DNA of 64,000 nucleotides from an uncultured Alphaproteobacteria bacterium (GTDB lineage Bacteria; Pseudomonadota; Alphaproteobacteria; RF32; CAG-239): NCBI GenBank assembly GCA_964017825.1, contig CAXHMA010000001.1, positions 193,115 to 257,114 of the forward strand, read 5' to 3'. Shown piece by piece: positions 1 to 9,254 of this stretch (position 1 is its first letter; each line of letters starts with the position of its first letter). The notes under the pieces were generated by a model. It saw only the letters and a program-made list of their open reading frames with translations, ran no database searches and was not told where the DNA came from. The position numbers and the translations under genes were made by a program.

Positions 1-444
1 AGTCACCTTCGTTAGGCTTTTTTGACTCTTCCGGCCTTTAAACCGGAGTTCTGGACATACGCCGGAAGCTCCCCGACCCGAGATGTAATACAAATCGGAT
101 TCCCGACACGGCAAAGATTGCTGCTTCCGGGAAGTAGCCCTAACGAAGGAAGGTGTTGAATACCCGCGCCACCTCTGGCGCTAACCAAAATCGGAATATT
201 CCAAAATTGCCCTGCTGATAGTATATAATACATAAGTATTAAAAACAAGTAAAAAACGATGAAAAAATAAAAGGCGGCCGGAGTTGAACACTGCTAGAGA
301 ACAGTTCGGCATATTCAATATATTTTGCCGACATCCGACCAAAGATGGTTTATCGCATATCAATACAAAAAACAAGCAAAATCAGCAGAACAAAAGCAAA
401 ACATACCCTTGACTTTATATAACAAAAGTTCTATAAAAGAAAAG

Positions 445-700
445 TCCGGCGACCCGAATCGCAGGACTTTGTTTAACAAGAAAGGGTTAAACCCAACTTT
501 AACTCATTCTGTGTTAAAGATAACCTATTTTTTTTCAAAAGTCAAGAATTAAAATAGGCTGTGGGTTTCCCCTTTCGCAATACGAAAGGAAAAAATAATG
601 ATAATAAAAATTATTATTGTCATACGGAAACTCCGGATTTTCCTGTCTGTTAAAAAATAGCAGGGAAAGGAAGCGGGGCAGCAATGCTCCGCTTTTTATT
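445..700 (+). ncRNA. Candidate sRNA (repeat unit 1): sigma70-like promoter TTGACT(409-414)-N17-TATAAA(432-437), several internal hairpins, intrinsic terminator 671-699
   Basis: Near-consensus -35/-10 with 17-nt spacing. GC hairpin (gcgggg/ctccgc) plus T5 at the unit end. No conserved ORF. Confidence 0.3.
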
Positions 701-793
701 GCCTCATCCCGCCATACCTGTTACAACAGCCTGACAGAACAAAAGTAAAACATATCCTTGACTTTATATAACAAAAGTTTTATAAAAGAAAAG

Positions 794-1050
794 TCCGGCG
801 AGGCGAATCGCTGGACTTTATTTAACAAGAAAGGGTTAAACCCACCTTTAACTCATTTCTGTGTTAAAGATAACCTATTTTTCTTGAAATGTCAAGAATA
901 AAATAGGCTGTGGGTTTCCCCTTTCGCAATACGAAAGGAAAAAATAATGATAATAAAAATTATTATTGTCATTCGGAAACTCCGGATTTTCCTGTCTATC
1001 AAAAAATAGCAGGGAAAAGAAGCGGGGCAGCAATGCGCCGCTTTTTATAT
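794..1050 (+). ncRNA. Candidate sRNA (repeat unit 2): promoter TTGACT(758-763)-N17-TATAAA(781-786), terminator ~1020-1048
   Basis: Same architecture as unit 1, conserved in the duplicated copy. Confidence 0.3.
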
Positions 1051-1133
1051 GACCGGCTCGCAACACCGCTCACCATAACAACAAAAAATCTCTCCCGTTT
1101 TGCGACGGGAGAGATTTCCTCCTCCTTAATCAG

Positions 1134-1325
1134 TTAGTTTGAAGAAGATGAGCTACGGCCGCTTGACTTTCTGCCGGATCTGCTTGAACCGGAAGAAGAG
1201 TTTGATGAAGAAGAACGTCCGCGGCTGCTTGAACCTGAACCGGAAGAAGATTTTCTGCCGCGGCTTGAGCTGCTGCTTTTCAATTCATCAATTTGGCTTT
1301 GCAAGTCATCAATACAATCAGACAT
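1134..1325 (-). CDS. Small Ser/Gly/Arg-rich low-complexity protein (63 aa) with an acidic N-terminal helix-like segment
   Basis: GGAGA RBS 7 nt upstream of the ATG (cagaggagaaataaaATG). Hairpin plus T-run terminator downstream (1087-1118, minus sense). A competing plus-strand ORF 1139-1399 lacks an RBS. Confidence 0.35.
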   Translation of the reverse strand: MSDCIDDLQSQIDELKSSSSSRGRKSSSGSGSSSRGRSSSSNSSSGSSRSGRKSSGRSSSSSN

Positions 1326-1535
1326 TTTATTTCTCCTCTGTTATGTTAAAGAAACATGGAAAATATATGGCTGTCTTGAAGGGAAACAACGTTTTATAGA
1401 CGCATTGTCAGGCGTATATAATATTATAGATACCGTATCGTATGTGTCCGCAAAAGCATTTGTCACCAAGGTCTCGAAAAACCACACATACCGCATTAAA
1501 AAGAAAAAAGCCGGAATAATCCGACTTTCTCTTAG

Positions 1536-1621
1536 TGGTAGGGGTAGTCAGACTTGAACTGACACTTCCTGAGGAAACAAGATTTTGAGTCTAGCGCGTC
1601 TACCAGTTCCGCCATACCCCC
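1536..1621 (-). tRNA. tRNA-Leu (anticodon CAA), type II with long variable arm, CCA encoded
   Basis: Hand-folded cloverleaf: acceptor GGGGGTA/TACCCCT, D-arm TGGCGGAACTGGTAGACGC, anticodon loop CTCAAAA, T-arm GTCAG-TTCAAGT-CTGAC. Confidence 0.8.
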
Positions 1622-1766
1622 ATTGGTGAAAAGACATTTAACTGATATTTTTTTAACAGTCAACAGTTTTTTTTATTTTTTTGCAGATATTGAAATAGAA
1701 CATTAAGTTTTTATGATATAGCATATATAAAAATAAAGCTTCAATAACACGATAAAGGGGCGCGCA

Positions 1767-3299
1767 GTGGAAGAATTGGAACAAAACGCGTTGGAATTTT
1801 TTAAAGGCAGAGAATACGAAAAAGCTGCAAAGCTTTACCTGCAGCTTGCCGTGGCACATAACCAAAACGAAAATTATTTAATCTCTGCGGCAAATTGTTA
1901 CGATGCGGCAGGAGACAAAAAAGTCGCGCTCAGCCTGTACAAAAAGGCGCTTGAAATTAATCCGCAGTCATTAACGGCTATATTAAATATATCCACCCTG
2001 CTTTATGAACTGAAAAAATATGAACAGTCATCACAATATGCCGAGCAGGCGCTGGCCATCAAACCCGACAATTTCTCCGCATTGATGAATCTGGGAAATA
2101 TCGCCTATTCGCGCGGGGAATATGACACGGCTCTGGCATATTACGAACAGATGTACGCGCTTAACAAAAATTCTTATAATGCGATTATAAACATTGCCAA
2201 CACCTGTTATAATAAGGGACAATACCTTAAAGCACTTGAATATGCTCAAACCGCAATTGACAAGCGGCCGACAAACGCCGAACCCTATATTGTTGCCGGC
2301 AATTGTTATATTGAGCTGAAACGTAACGAAGAGGGCGCAGCCTGCTTGAAAAAAGCCGCCGAAATCGCCCCGAATTCCGATTGGCTTTGTACCTCTATTT
2401 CCGTTCTGTATCAAAAAGCGGGAAACATCCGCCAAAGCCTGCATTATGCATGGAAAACTCTGGCCATCAAAGGATTGCAGGCAACGGCTGACGACCATAT
2501 CAATTTCGGATATTTGCTGTATGAAGCGGAAGACGGCGGAGAGCAGGAGCTGCTGGAAAAATATTTGGAGCGCTGGACAGCTGCTTTCGCCGGAAACCCC
2601 GTCGTAGACTATGCGGCAAGCGCGCTCAGACATGAAGAAAATGTTAATACGACTGATTTAACTTATGTCAAAGGCGTGTTTGACAGTTTTGCTCCTTCGT
2701 TTGACGAGATATTAGGTGAACTGAATTACCGGGTTCCCGAATATATTGCCAAAATGCTGAAAGATTCACTCAAAACAAATCTGTTTAAAAAGCGGCGCAT
2801 TCTGGATTTGGGGTGCGGAACGGGACTTTGTGCCGAAGCGGTACAGGCTCTCCTCGGCGGAACGGAATTTTACGGAGTGGACATTTCTGAAAACATGCTG
2901 CAGGAAGCCGGCAAAAAAGAAATTTATAAAACGCTTTACGCAGAAGACATTATGAGCTTTTTGGAAAACGATACATCGTCGTATCATGCGGTCATTGCCG
3001 GCGATGTCCTGACTTATATGGGCGACCTGAAAGCATTGTTCCGCGAAGTATCAAAAGCAATAAAAATAAACGGGTTGTTCTGTTTTTCCGTCTCCAAAAA
3101 CATTTATAACCAGAATGACTATTTCCTGGCCTCTTCCGGACGTTTTGCCCATTCGCAAAGCTACATTGCAAGACTGTTGAAATTCTGCGGGCTCAATGTT
3201 GAACAAATGGAAGAACGCGTTTTGCGCCGCGAAGGAACAAAAGACGTAACGGGATATATCTTTTTGGCCCGTAAAACGATTGAAGTCGTTTTTGAATAA
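1767..3299 (+). CDS. TPR-repeat protein fused to a C-terminal class I SAM-dependent methyltransferase (GTG start)
   Basis: N-terminal TPR-like repeats (YxxAxxxYxxAL pattern). MTase motif I 'ILDLGCGTGLC'. AAGGGG RBS upstream of GTG. Confidence 0.75.
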   Translation: MEELEQNALEFFKGREYEKAAKLYLQLAVAHNQNENYLISAANCYDAAGDKKVALSLYKKALEINPQSLTAILNISTLLYELKKYEQSSQYAEQALAIKPDNFSALMNLGNIAYSRGEYDTALAYYEQMYALNKNSYNAIINIANTCYNKGQYLKALEYAQTAIDKRPTNAEPYIVAGNCYIELKRNEEGAACLKKAAEIAPNSDWLCTSISVLYQKAGNIRQSLHYAWKTLAIKGLQATADDHINFGYLLYEAEDGGEQELLEKYLERWTAAFAGNPVVDYAASALRHEENVNTTDLTYVKGVFDSFAPSFDEILGELNYRVPEYIAKMLKDSLKTNLFKKRRILDLGCGTGLCAEAVQALLGGTEFYGVDISENMLQEAGKKEIYKTLYAEDIMSFLENDTSSYHAVIAGDVLTYMGDLKALFREVSKAIKINGLFCFSVSKNIYNQNDYFLASSGRFAHSQSYIARLLKFCGLNVEQMEERVLRREGTKDVTGYIFLARKTIEVVFE

Positions 3300-3322
3300 T
3301 GCATATGAATATCCGCAAAATT

Positions 3323-3345
3323 AAAACCGCCTCAACGGCGGTTTT
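3323..3345. terminator. Bidirectional intrinsic terminator between the convergent TPR-MTase and ppa genes
   Basis: aaaaccgcc-tcaa-cggcggtttt hairpin flanked by A/T runs. Confidence 0.7.
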
Positions 3346-3356
3346 AACTTATCTTT

Positions 3357-3890
3357 CTACTCATCGCAATATTTCATCGCATAAGCGTCACGCGCTTCTT
3401 CAATGAGCTTCTTTGCCTCGTCCGGCCCCAAAAAGCTTTCAATCGTCACCTGCTTTTTTTCCAAAACCTTATAGTCTTCAAAAAAGCGCTTCAGCATTTT
3501 CAAAATATGCGGCGGAATTTCCGAAATGTCATGATAGACATTATATTCCGGATCATCTTCATGAATGGCAATAATCTTATCGTCCGCTTCCCCGCAGTCA
3601 ATCATCTTCATCACGCCGATAGGACGCGCGCGCATAATGGACAGCGGCACAATCGCCTCCTGCCCCAAAACCAAAATATCAAGCGGGTCATTATCTTCGC
3701 AATATGTCTGCGGCACAAAACCGTAATTCGCCGGATAATGCACCGAAGAATACAATATCCTGTCCACCTTCACGAGCCCGCTTTCTTTATCAAGCTCATA
3801 CTTGACCTGCGACCCTTTAGGAACCTCAATAATTGCCGGAACAATATCCGGAAATTCTACGTAGTGTTTTACCTGATGCCACGGATGCAC
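3357..3890 (-). CDS. ppa: Inorganic pyrophosphatase (family I)
   Basis: Strong similarity to soluble PPases ([24 protein letters not shown] motifs). Confidence 0.92.
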   Translation of the reverse strand: MHPWHQVKHYVEFPDIVPAIIEVPKGSQVKYELDKESGLVKVDRILYSSVHYPANYGFVPQTYCEDNDPLDILVLGQEAIVPLSIMRARPIGVMKMIDCGEADDKIIAIHEDDPEYNVYHDISEIPPHILKMLKRFFEDYKVLEKKQVTIESFLGPDEAKKLIEEARDAYAMKYCDE

Positions 3891-4042
3891 GGCTTTTCTC
3901 CTATATTACAAACTGCGCTTAACATAAATAAAACCCCGCTTTAAGTCAAGAAAAGTTTTCAAAAAAATGATTTGCCAACTTGCAAATAATGTGCTAAATT
4001 ATAAAACTGTATAAACGAAATATATAACGGAGCGCCCATAAC

Positions 4043-5605
4043 ATGAAAACATATACGCCGGACCAGCTTGTCAAATTAAGTTCCGAACAAATAGACATAA
4101 TTCAAAAATCAAACGACAACGCCGCTCTGGATTATATCGCCGAACACAAAAGCGATTTGGATTTTCTCTCTGTCGAGCAGTTCGAGCATCTGGAAGAATA
4201 CTATTCCGACACCATGGAGAAATACCGCCTGCTTTATGAAGCACTTGTCGCCGGCTTCTCCACGCCGCGCAAACCCGGCTTTCCCGAATATATTTATAAC
4301 ATTAATATGAAAGACGGTACGATTGAATCGGATAAAAACGGCCGCCGCATTAACTATTCCACCGAGATCCTGGCGCCCTGCACCGGCGGTACAATGCTCC
4401 ATTACATTAATAACGAATGTAACGACGTATACGTTGTCATTCCGCCGATAAAAGGCGTTGAACGGACGATAGAAAAAATCATCTCCGAGTGCAAACGCGA
4501 CTATGATATTAACAAAGAGAAAAACTTGGATCGTTTTGCAGAAGGCGCTTTTGCCCCTATAGACGAAAGCGAACCCGAATTTCCGTTCTCTTTTCCGCCG
4601 AAACCGCACCACTGCCCGACTGCCGAAAAACTGGAAGAATGGCGTGCGGAAAAAGCAACCCGCGGCGCGCTTATCGGTATTTTCAGCAAAGACAAACTCC
4701 CGCATGATATTTACCGCCTATCCATTACCTCCAAATATCCCGGAGATTTGGAAGAACTCATCCATACATTGGAAGAGCATTTCCCCTCATACATCGTGTT
4801 TGAAAAGGGAGAACGCAACCTCTATAAAAAGAACCTGAGCGAAAACGAACGCAACTATTTTGACATCAAAAAAACGGCGCGTATTAACATCCCGAACAGC
4901 GACCGCACGTTTTATATTGAATTCCAGTTCAAACAGACGAACATGTTTTTTGCGCATATCCGCTCGCACAGCGCTTATGAAGAATTCCGCATTATAGAAG
5001 CCAAATATCTCGCCGCCAAAGACTCGGCCGAGAAAAAGAGAGGCGGCATAACACCGGAAACCAAAGCCAAATTGGCGCAGCTCAGAAAGCAATGCGAAGA
5101 AAAACGCGAACTCTGCCTCCGCATTCACCGCAACGCCGTCCATCAAAGCAATATGTATCTGATGAGCAAATTGCTCTGGCTTGATGACAATTCCCGCGGA
5201 CTGCACCGCAAACCCGAACATCAGGACGGCAGATACGCCCTTTCCGTTGAAACATTGCGCAAGAATTACATTGTGGAAAGTTACGAACCCTTTGACGGCG
5301 CCACGGCTTTCACTACTTCATCAGGTGAATACCTCAATAAAGCTTTTTACCTCAAAATGATCGGCATTCTGCCTGAAAGTTTTGACGAGCTTGGCAAAAA
5401 CGCCAAAATCCACATCAACAAAGCTTGGGAAAATCTTACCGATGCCGATCTGAAATACTTCGACCGCATTACAGCCATGGCAATTAAATATCAGGAAGAT
5501 ATCCGTGCCATCCAAAAAGAACGCCGCCTGCTCGATAATAACGCCCTGTTAAACGTTTTGGCACAGGCAACCGGCAACAGCCTTCCGCCGCAAAAAGAAA
5601 GATAA
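4043..5605 (+). CDS. Hypothetical protein, 520 aa, no recognisable domain, no signal peptide
   Basis: Long ORF with a good start context. A downstream gene begins 3 nt after its stop. Confidence 0.65.
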   Translation: MKTYTPDQLVKLSSEQIDIIQKSNDNAALDYIAEHKSDLDFLSVEQFEHLEEYYSDTMEKYRLLYEALVAGFSTPRKPGFPEYIYNINMKDGTIESDKNGRRINYSTEILAPCTGGTMLHYINNECNDVYVVIPPIKGVERTIEKIISECKRDYDINKEKNLDRFAEGAFAPIDESEPEFPFSFPPKPHHCPTAEKLEEWRAEKATRGALIGIFSKDKLPHDIYRLSITSKYPGDLEELIHTLEEHFPSYIVFEKGERNLYKKNLSENERNYFDIKKTARINIPNSDRTFYIEFQFKQTNMFFAHIRSHSAYEEFRIIEAKYLAAKDSAEKKRGGITPETKAKLAQLRKQCEEKRELCLRIHRNAVHQSNMYLMSKLLWLDDNSRGLHRKPEHQDGRYALSVETLRKNYIVESYEPFDGATAFTTSSGEYLNKAFYLKMIGILPESFDELGKNAKIHINKAWENLTDADLKYFDRITAMAIKYQEDIRAIQKERRLLDNNALLNVLAQATGNSLPPQKER

Positions 5606-5608
5606 CGC

Positions 5609-6244
5609 ATGACGCAGATAAAATATGCGATATTTGACATCGGCAATACGGTTTATCCGTTTACGCTTGCGCCGCTTATCGCTTATATGCAGCGCGAAAC
5701 CGTTGAACCTGCGCTGTTCGCTAAACATCATTCGCCTTATTCTTATGACTATAACCCATACATGAAAGGCGAAATGACCGACGCCGAATTTGCCGAAGAG
5801 CTGTGTTTTTTCTGCCGTGTGCCGTATCATGAAAATCGGCTTGCGGAAATTAACACCGCACTGCATAAAGGCTGCGGCGGGCGCTTTCCCGAAACGATAA
5901 AAGCGATACGTCTTCTCCGTCAGAACGGTACGGAAATCTGCCTTCTATCAAATGCTCTGCCTCTTTTGGCTGACACCGGCGCCGATATAGCCAACCCCGA
6001 ATACGCGTTTACCTCATATGATTTAGGACTGCTGAAACCCGATACGACAATCTTTGAAACCGTATTGGAAAAGCTTAACACCACGCCGAAACAAACACTG
6101 TTTCTTGACGATAAAAAAGCCAATGTGGACGCTGCCAAAACGCTTGGCATAAACGGCATTGTTTACCGTCGCGAAACGGTTTTAAAAGAACTGGCTACTT
6201 ACCTGCCGCCGCGCTCCATTCTTCCCCGTTCACGAGAAGTTTAA
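5609..6244 (+). CDS. HAD-superfamily hydrolase (haloacid dehalogenase-like subfamily)
   Basis: Motif I 'AIFDIGNTV', motif IV 'LFLDDKKANV'. Translationally linked to the upstream orphan ORF. Confidence 0.7.
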   Translation: MTQIKYAIFDIGNTVYPFTLAPLIAYMQRETVEPALFAKHHSPYSYDYNPYMKGEMTDAEFAEELCFFCRVPYHENRLAEINTALHKGCGGRFPETIKAIRLLRQNGTEICLLSNALPLLADTGADIANPEYAFTSYDLGLLKPDTTIFETVLEKLNTTPKQTLFLDDKKANVDAAKTLGINGIVYRRETVLKELATYLPPRSILPRSREV

Positions 6245-6599
6245 GCGCATACGGCTTAATTCCGCGTTTATACGAAAATATCATTTCTGCCGTGTTGTTT
6301 GTATCGCGCACCGCTTTATCAAGCGCAGCCGCTTTGTCTTCCGGCACATAAAAGCGTCCCGAACGTTCAAACGCCGCCCGCGGGCAAATGCCGTTTTCAA
6401 ACTGTTCGCAATCTGTCTTATCCCAGTCTATCTGATACGAAATATAATGCCCCGAGAGCAAATCCCGCGGGTCATATCCTTGCAGGCGCACAACCACCTC
6501 ACGCCCCATATGGCGCTCGGTTTCAATCATCCCGACCCATGCCGCCAGTATTAAAACCGGCAAAAACACCAACGCTGCATAACCATATTTTTTAAGCAT
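6195..6599 (-). CDS. GDYXXLXY-domain protein (signal/TM N-terminus). Internal Met start chosen to avoid overlap.
   Basis: 'GYDPRDLLSGHYISY' motif. A single N-terminal TM segment. Conserved partner of DUF2157. Confidence 0.65.
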   Translation of the reverse strand: MLKKYGYAALVFLPVLILAAWVGMIETERHMGREVVVRLQGYDPRDLLSGHYISYQIDWDKTDCEQFENGICPRAAFERSGRFYVPEDKAAALDKAVRDTNNTAEMIFSYKRGIKPYALKLLVNGEEWSAAAGK

Positions 6600-7530
6600 T
6601 TTTCTTCTCCTCCGTAAACTTTTTAGATAACAGCGCCACACCTTTAAGCAGAGCAATCAGTACCGCACCGCTGATAATCAGCCCGATACCCGTACCGAAC
6701 AGCCCGATTTCATCACCGAGCCAAATATAAAGGCAAAACACCCACAGTCCTGCAAACTTCACATTCAAGCGCACCTTACGATACTCTTTAAAGTATTGGA
6801 AAATAAACGAAGTAACCAGTAATATCATAGCGCTGATAACCAATCGCGACAAAGCATTCCTTGACCACCAATCCATGCTGGAAAAAATATAAAGCGCCAG
6901 CACAATATAAAACGCCCAAAATGCATCACGCTTAAACACGCTTCCCGCTGCAAAATCAGGCTTATATGTATTCAAAAACCAACCGCCGGCACACATCGCC
7001 GCATAAACAGCAAGCAATGCTTCAAACCAATACCGCCCGCCGGCATACATCGCGCACCACGCTAAAAACAGCGGCACCCAGAACCACGCCAAATATTTCT
7101 TTTTAGCCGCAAACAGCAACGGCAGCGTTGCCGCCCACCAAAACGCAAACGGCAGATGGTAAATATTGCCGCTCAGGTGGTAAACTTGTATCACCAGCCC
7201 GATTGCCGCCCCGACCAAAAGAAACAGCACCACGAGCCATTTTTCCGCCTTATCGCTCTGTCCGTTATTCTTGCACCAAACCGCACGTCCGGCCGCGCCG
7301 CATAACAACGCAAACATCAAAATCAGTTTCAAATTATCGCCGATATATTCCCAGTTGGACGCCACCAGCGAAATCACCCCGATACCGATTGTAAAAATCC
7401 CCAACAAATTCAGCGCCCGCATCACAAAACCGCCGCCCGCCGTATCGTCATACGCCAAAATCTGTTTTTGCTGCTCGCCGGAGATTATCCCCGCCTTCAC
7501 GAGCTTATCCAATTGCTTTGCCTTAAACAT
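6592..7530 (-). CDS. DUF2157-family polytopic membrane protein
   Basis: N-terminal 'AGIISGEQQKQILAYD' cytoplasmic domain followed by ~8 TM helices. Typical partner of GDYXXLXY proteins. Confidence 0.7.
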   Translation of the reverse strand: MFKAKQLDKLVKAGIISGEQQKQILAYDDTAGGGFVMRALNLLGIFTIGIGVISLVASNWEYIGDNLKLILMFALLCGAAGRAVWCKNNGQSDKAEKWLVVLFLLVGAAIGLVIQVYHLSGNIYHLPFAFWWAATLPLLFAAKKKYLAWFWVPLFLAWCAMYAGGRYWFEALLAVYAAMCAGGWFLNTYKPDFAAGSVFKRDAFWAFYIVLALYIFSSMDWWSRNALSRLVISAMILLVTSFIFQYFKEYRKVRLNVKFAGLWVFCLYIWLGDEIGLFGTGIGLIISGAVLIALLKGVALLSKKFTEEKKNA

Positions 7531-7599
7531 AAAAAACTCCTCTCAGTAAATCATAAGAGGAGCATATTCCCGTTACCTTAATAAAACGTTTAAAAGCAA

Positions 7600-8640
7600 T
7601 CAGCAGCGACCGGTCTGATGCTGCGCGGATATCATCTTTTCTGTCGCAATATATCTTTCCATAAATGCACCTTGTTCTCTGCACGCCCGCATAACAGCCG
7701 TTTCATGAAGCGCTTTCTTATCTATCGGGTTTTGCCTGACAACGTCTGTAAAACTTTTCAACTCTTCGTGGCTGAATTCGGGTTTTGAGGTCATCTCGTA
7801 AGTCAGTTTCAGAATATCCCTGTCTGTTTCGGGAATGCGCTCGGGGTGCTCTGCATATTGCCTCAACGCCGCGTATGTCCTCGGCATAACGTATGTCATT
7901 GTTCCCTTTTTAACTTCTCTGTCGATATTTCCGCTGTTGTGCATACTGTTTATTGTAAAGTCTGCCTGCGAACGCTGATAATTATATACTTCAAACACTT
8001 CTTTGGCATATGTCGGATGCTCTTTCATGACTTTCAAAAGCGCAAATACATCGCACTTGCGCTCATCGTCCGTCCCCAGTGCGGCGTGCACGCTTTCGTG
8101 ATAAAATCCGCGTTTTAAAAACATCTCCTGCCGTTCCTCTGCCGGAATATGTGACACATATCCTCTGCACTCTTCCGTTTTCCGCGGCATTGCATCGCCT
8201 TTATCTTCCAATGTAATGAGTTGCATATTGCCGATATGCCTTGCCTGATAATTTGTATTGCCGATTATTTCTTTGAAGATTTGTTCCGCATAAAAAGAAT
8301 TCCGTGTCACATCGCCAAATAAAATGTCCTGTCCGTTTTGTTCATATGATAAAGAAGAACCTCTGGCTTGCAGCACCATAAACACCATGCGCGCTTTCAA
8401 CTCTTCATCGCTCATTTCGGGGTGTGCTTTTTTTGCCCGTTCAAAACCGGTTTTAACACTGTGCCCGTTCACAAGTGAAATATGAGAAACAACCGGATTA
8501 TCCGCATCGCGCCGCATTGTTCCCGCATTATACAACGGGTCTTCCTCCGTCATGGCAAGCTCGGATTTTACATCCCTGCTCAACAGGCATAAATCGCGCG
8601 CGAAATGCTCATATTTATTGCAAAACTCATCATAATCCAT
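7600..8640 (-). CDS. Hypothetical protein (~346 aa from the MDYDEF start), no recognisable domain
   Basis: ORF with a GGAGA RBS before the internal Met. No homology recognised by eye. Confidence 0.6.
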   Translation of the reverse strand: MDYDEFCNKYEHFARDLCLLSRDVKSELAMTEEDPLYNAGTMRRDADNPVVSHISLVNGHSVKTGFERAKKAHPEMSDEELKARMVFMVLQARGSSLSYEQNGQDILFGDVTRNSFYAEQIFKEIIGNTNYQARHIGNMQLITLEDKGDAMPRKTEECRGYVSHIPAEERQEMFLKRGFYHESVHAALGTDDERKCDVFALLKVMKEHPTYAKEVFEVYNYQRSQADFTINSMHNSGNIDREVKKGTMTYVMPRTYAALRQYAEHPERIPETDRDILKLTYEMTSKPEFSHEELKSFTDVVRQNPIDKKALHETAVMRACREQGAFMERYIATEKMISAQHQTGRC

Positions 8641-8748
8641 ACACGTTCTCCTGAACAAAAGGATACCATAATCCCCGAAAAATAGCAAGTAAAAAACACT
8701 TTACATCTCACCCGCAATGCGCTATCACATCCGCAAAGGAGAACGACG

Positions 8749-9222
8749 ATGCCGAACTTAAAAACCAACGCTATGCGTATTTTGGATAAACATAAAATTA
8801 CTTATAAAACATACTGTTACGAAAACACCGGCGCCATTTCCGGCGTTGATGTCGCTGCTGCCCTAAATCAAAATCCGGCGCAGGTTTTCAAAACGCTTGT
8901 CACCACGGCTAAGTCCGGCACACACTATGTCTTTATGCTCCCCGTTGCCGAAGAGCTTGATTTGAAAAAGGCAGCCCTTGCCGTCAATGAAAAATCCGTT
9001 GAAATGCTCAAACAAAAAGACCTGTTACCCCTGACCGGCTATGTTCACGGCGGCTGCTCCCCGATCGGCATGAAAAAGCAGTTCAAAACCGTCATCCACA
9101 TCACCGCGCAAAACTTCCCGACCATTATCTTCTCCGCCGGACATATCGGCTTCCAAGTGGAACTTTCCCTGACAGACCTCAGCGCAATCATCCCTCTTGC
9201 CATTGCTGACATTATTGCATAA
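8749..9222 (+). CDS. ybaK: YbaK/ProX-type aminoacyl-tRNA deacylase (Cys-tRNA(Pro) deacylase-like)
   Basis: AAGGAG RBS. Conserved YbaK motifs (GGCSPIGMKK, KTLV). Confidence 0.8.
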   Translation: MPNLKTNAMRILDKHKITYKTYCYENTGAISGVDVAAALNQNPAQVFKTLVTTAKSGTHYVFMLPVAEELDLKKAALAVNEKSVEMLKQKDLLPLTGYVHGGCSPIGMKKQFKTVIHITAQNFPTIIFSAGHIGFQVELSLTDLSAIIPLAIADIIA

Positions 9223-9254
9223 AAAACGGGGATTTCTCCCCGCTTTTAATCCTG

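Larger units (their letters stand above)
387..1050. repeat. Tandem direct repeat, two ~314-bp units with a 349-bp period (unit 1 ~387-700, unit 2 ~736-1050), ~90% identical
   Basis: Direct comparison: 'agaacaaaag(c/t)aaaacata(c/t)ccttgactttatataacaaaagtt...' recurs at +349. The ORFs in the two copies fall in different frames, so it is non-coding. Confidence 0.85.

Noticed and set aside
437-470. 'GAAAAGUCCGGCG' segment in the tandem repeat resembling the RNase P RNA P4 motif GGAAAGUCCGGGC.
   Set aside because: The rest of the unit (~250 nt, duplicated, own promoter) lacks the other universal RNase P motifs (AGGGUGAAA…GGUGCGGUAAGAGCGCACC, ACAGAAACCCGGCUUA) and is too short. The segment is just one arm of a local hairpin.
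1139-1399. 86-aa plus-strand ORF overlapping the Ser-rich minus ORF.
   Set aside because: It has no credible RBS (AAGAAG directly abutting the ATG). The competing minus-strand ORF has a GGAGA RBS and a downstream terminator. Both cannot be resolved without data, and only the minus-strand ORF is listed as a feature.
2031-2633. 200-aa ORF antisense to the TPR-methyltransferase gene. Similar antisense ORFs exist at 4109-4705 and 4787-5221 inside the 520-aa gene, 10035-10787 inside rpoA, 12849-13163 inside secY, 48619-49689 inside tuf, 35907-38524 and 52246-56618 inside the autotransporters.
   Set aside because: Each is fully embedded in the opposite strand of a gene with clear homology or a strong expression context, lacks an RBS, and has a biased, low-complexity composition. 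They are shadow ORFs.
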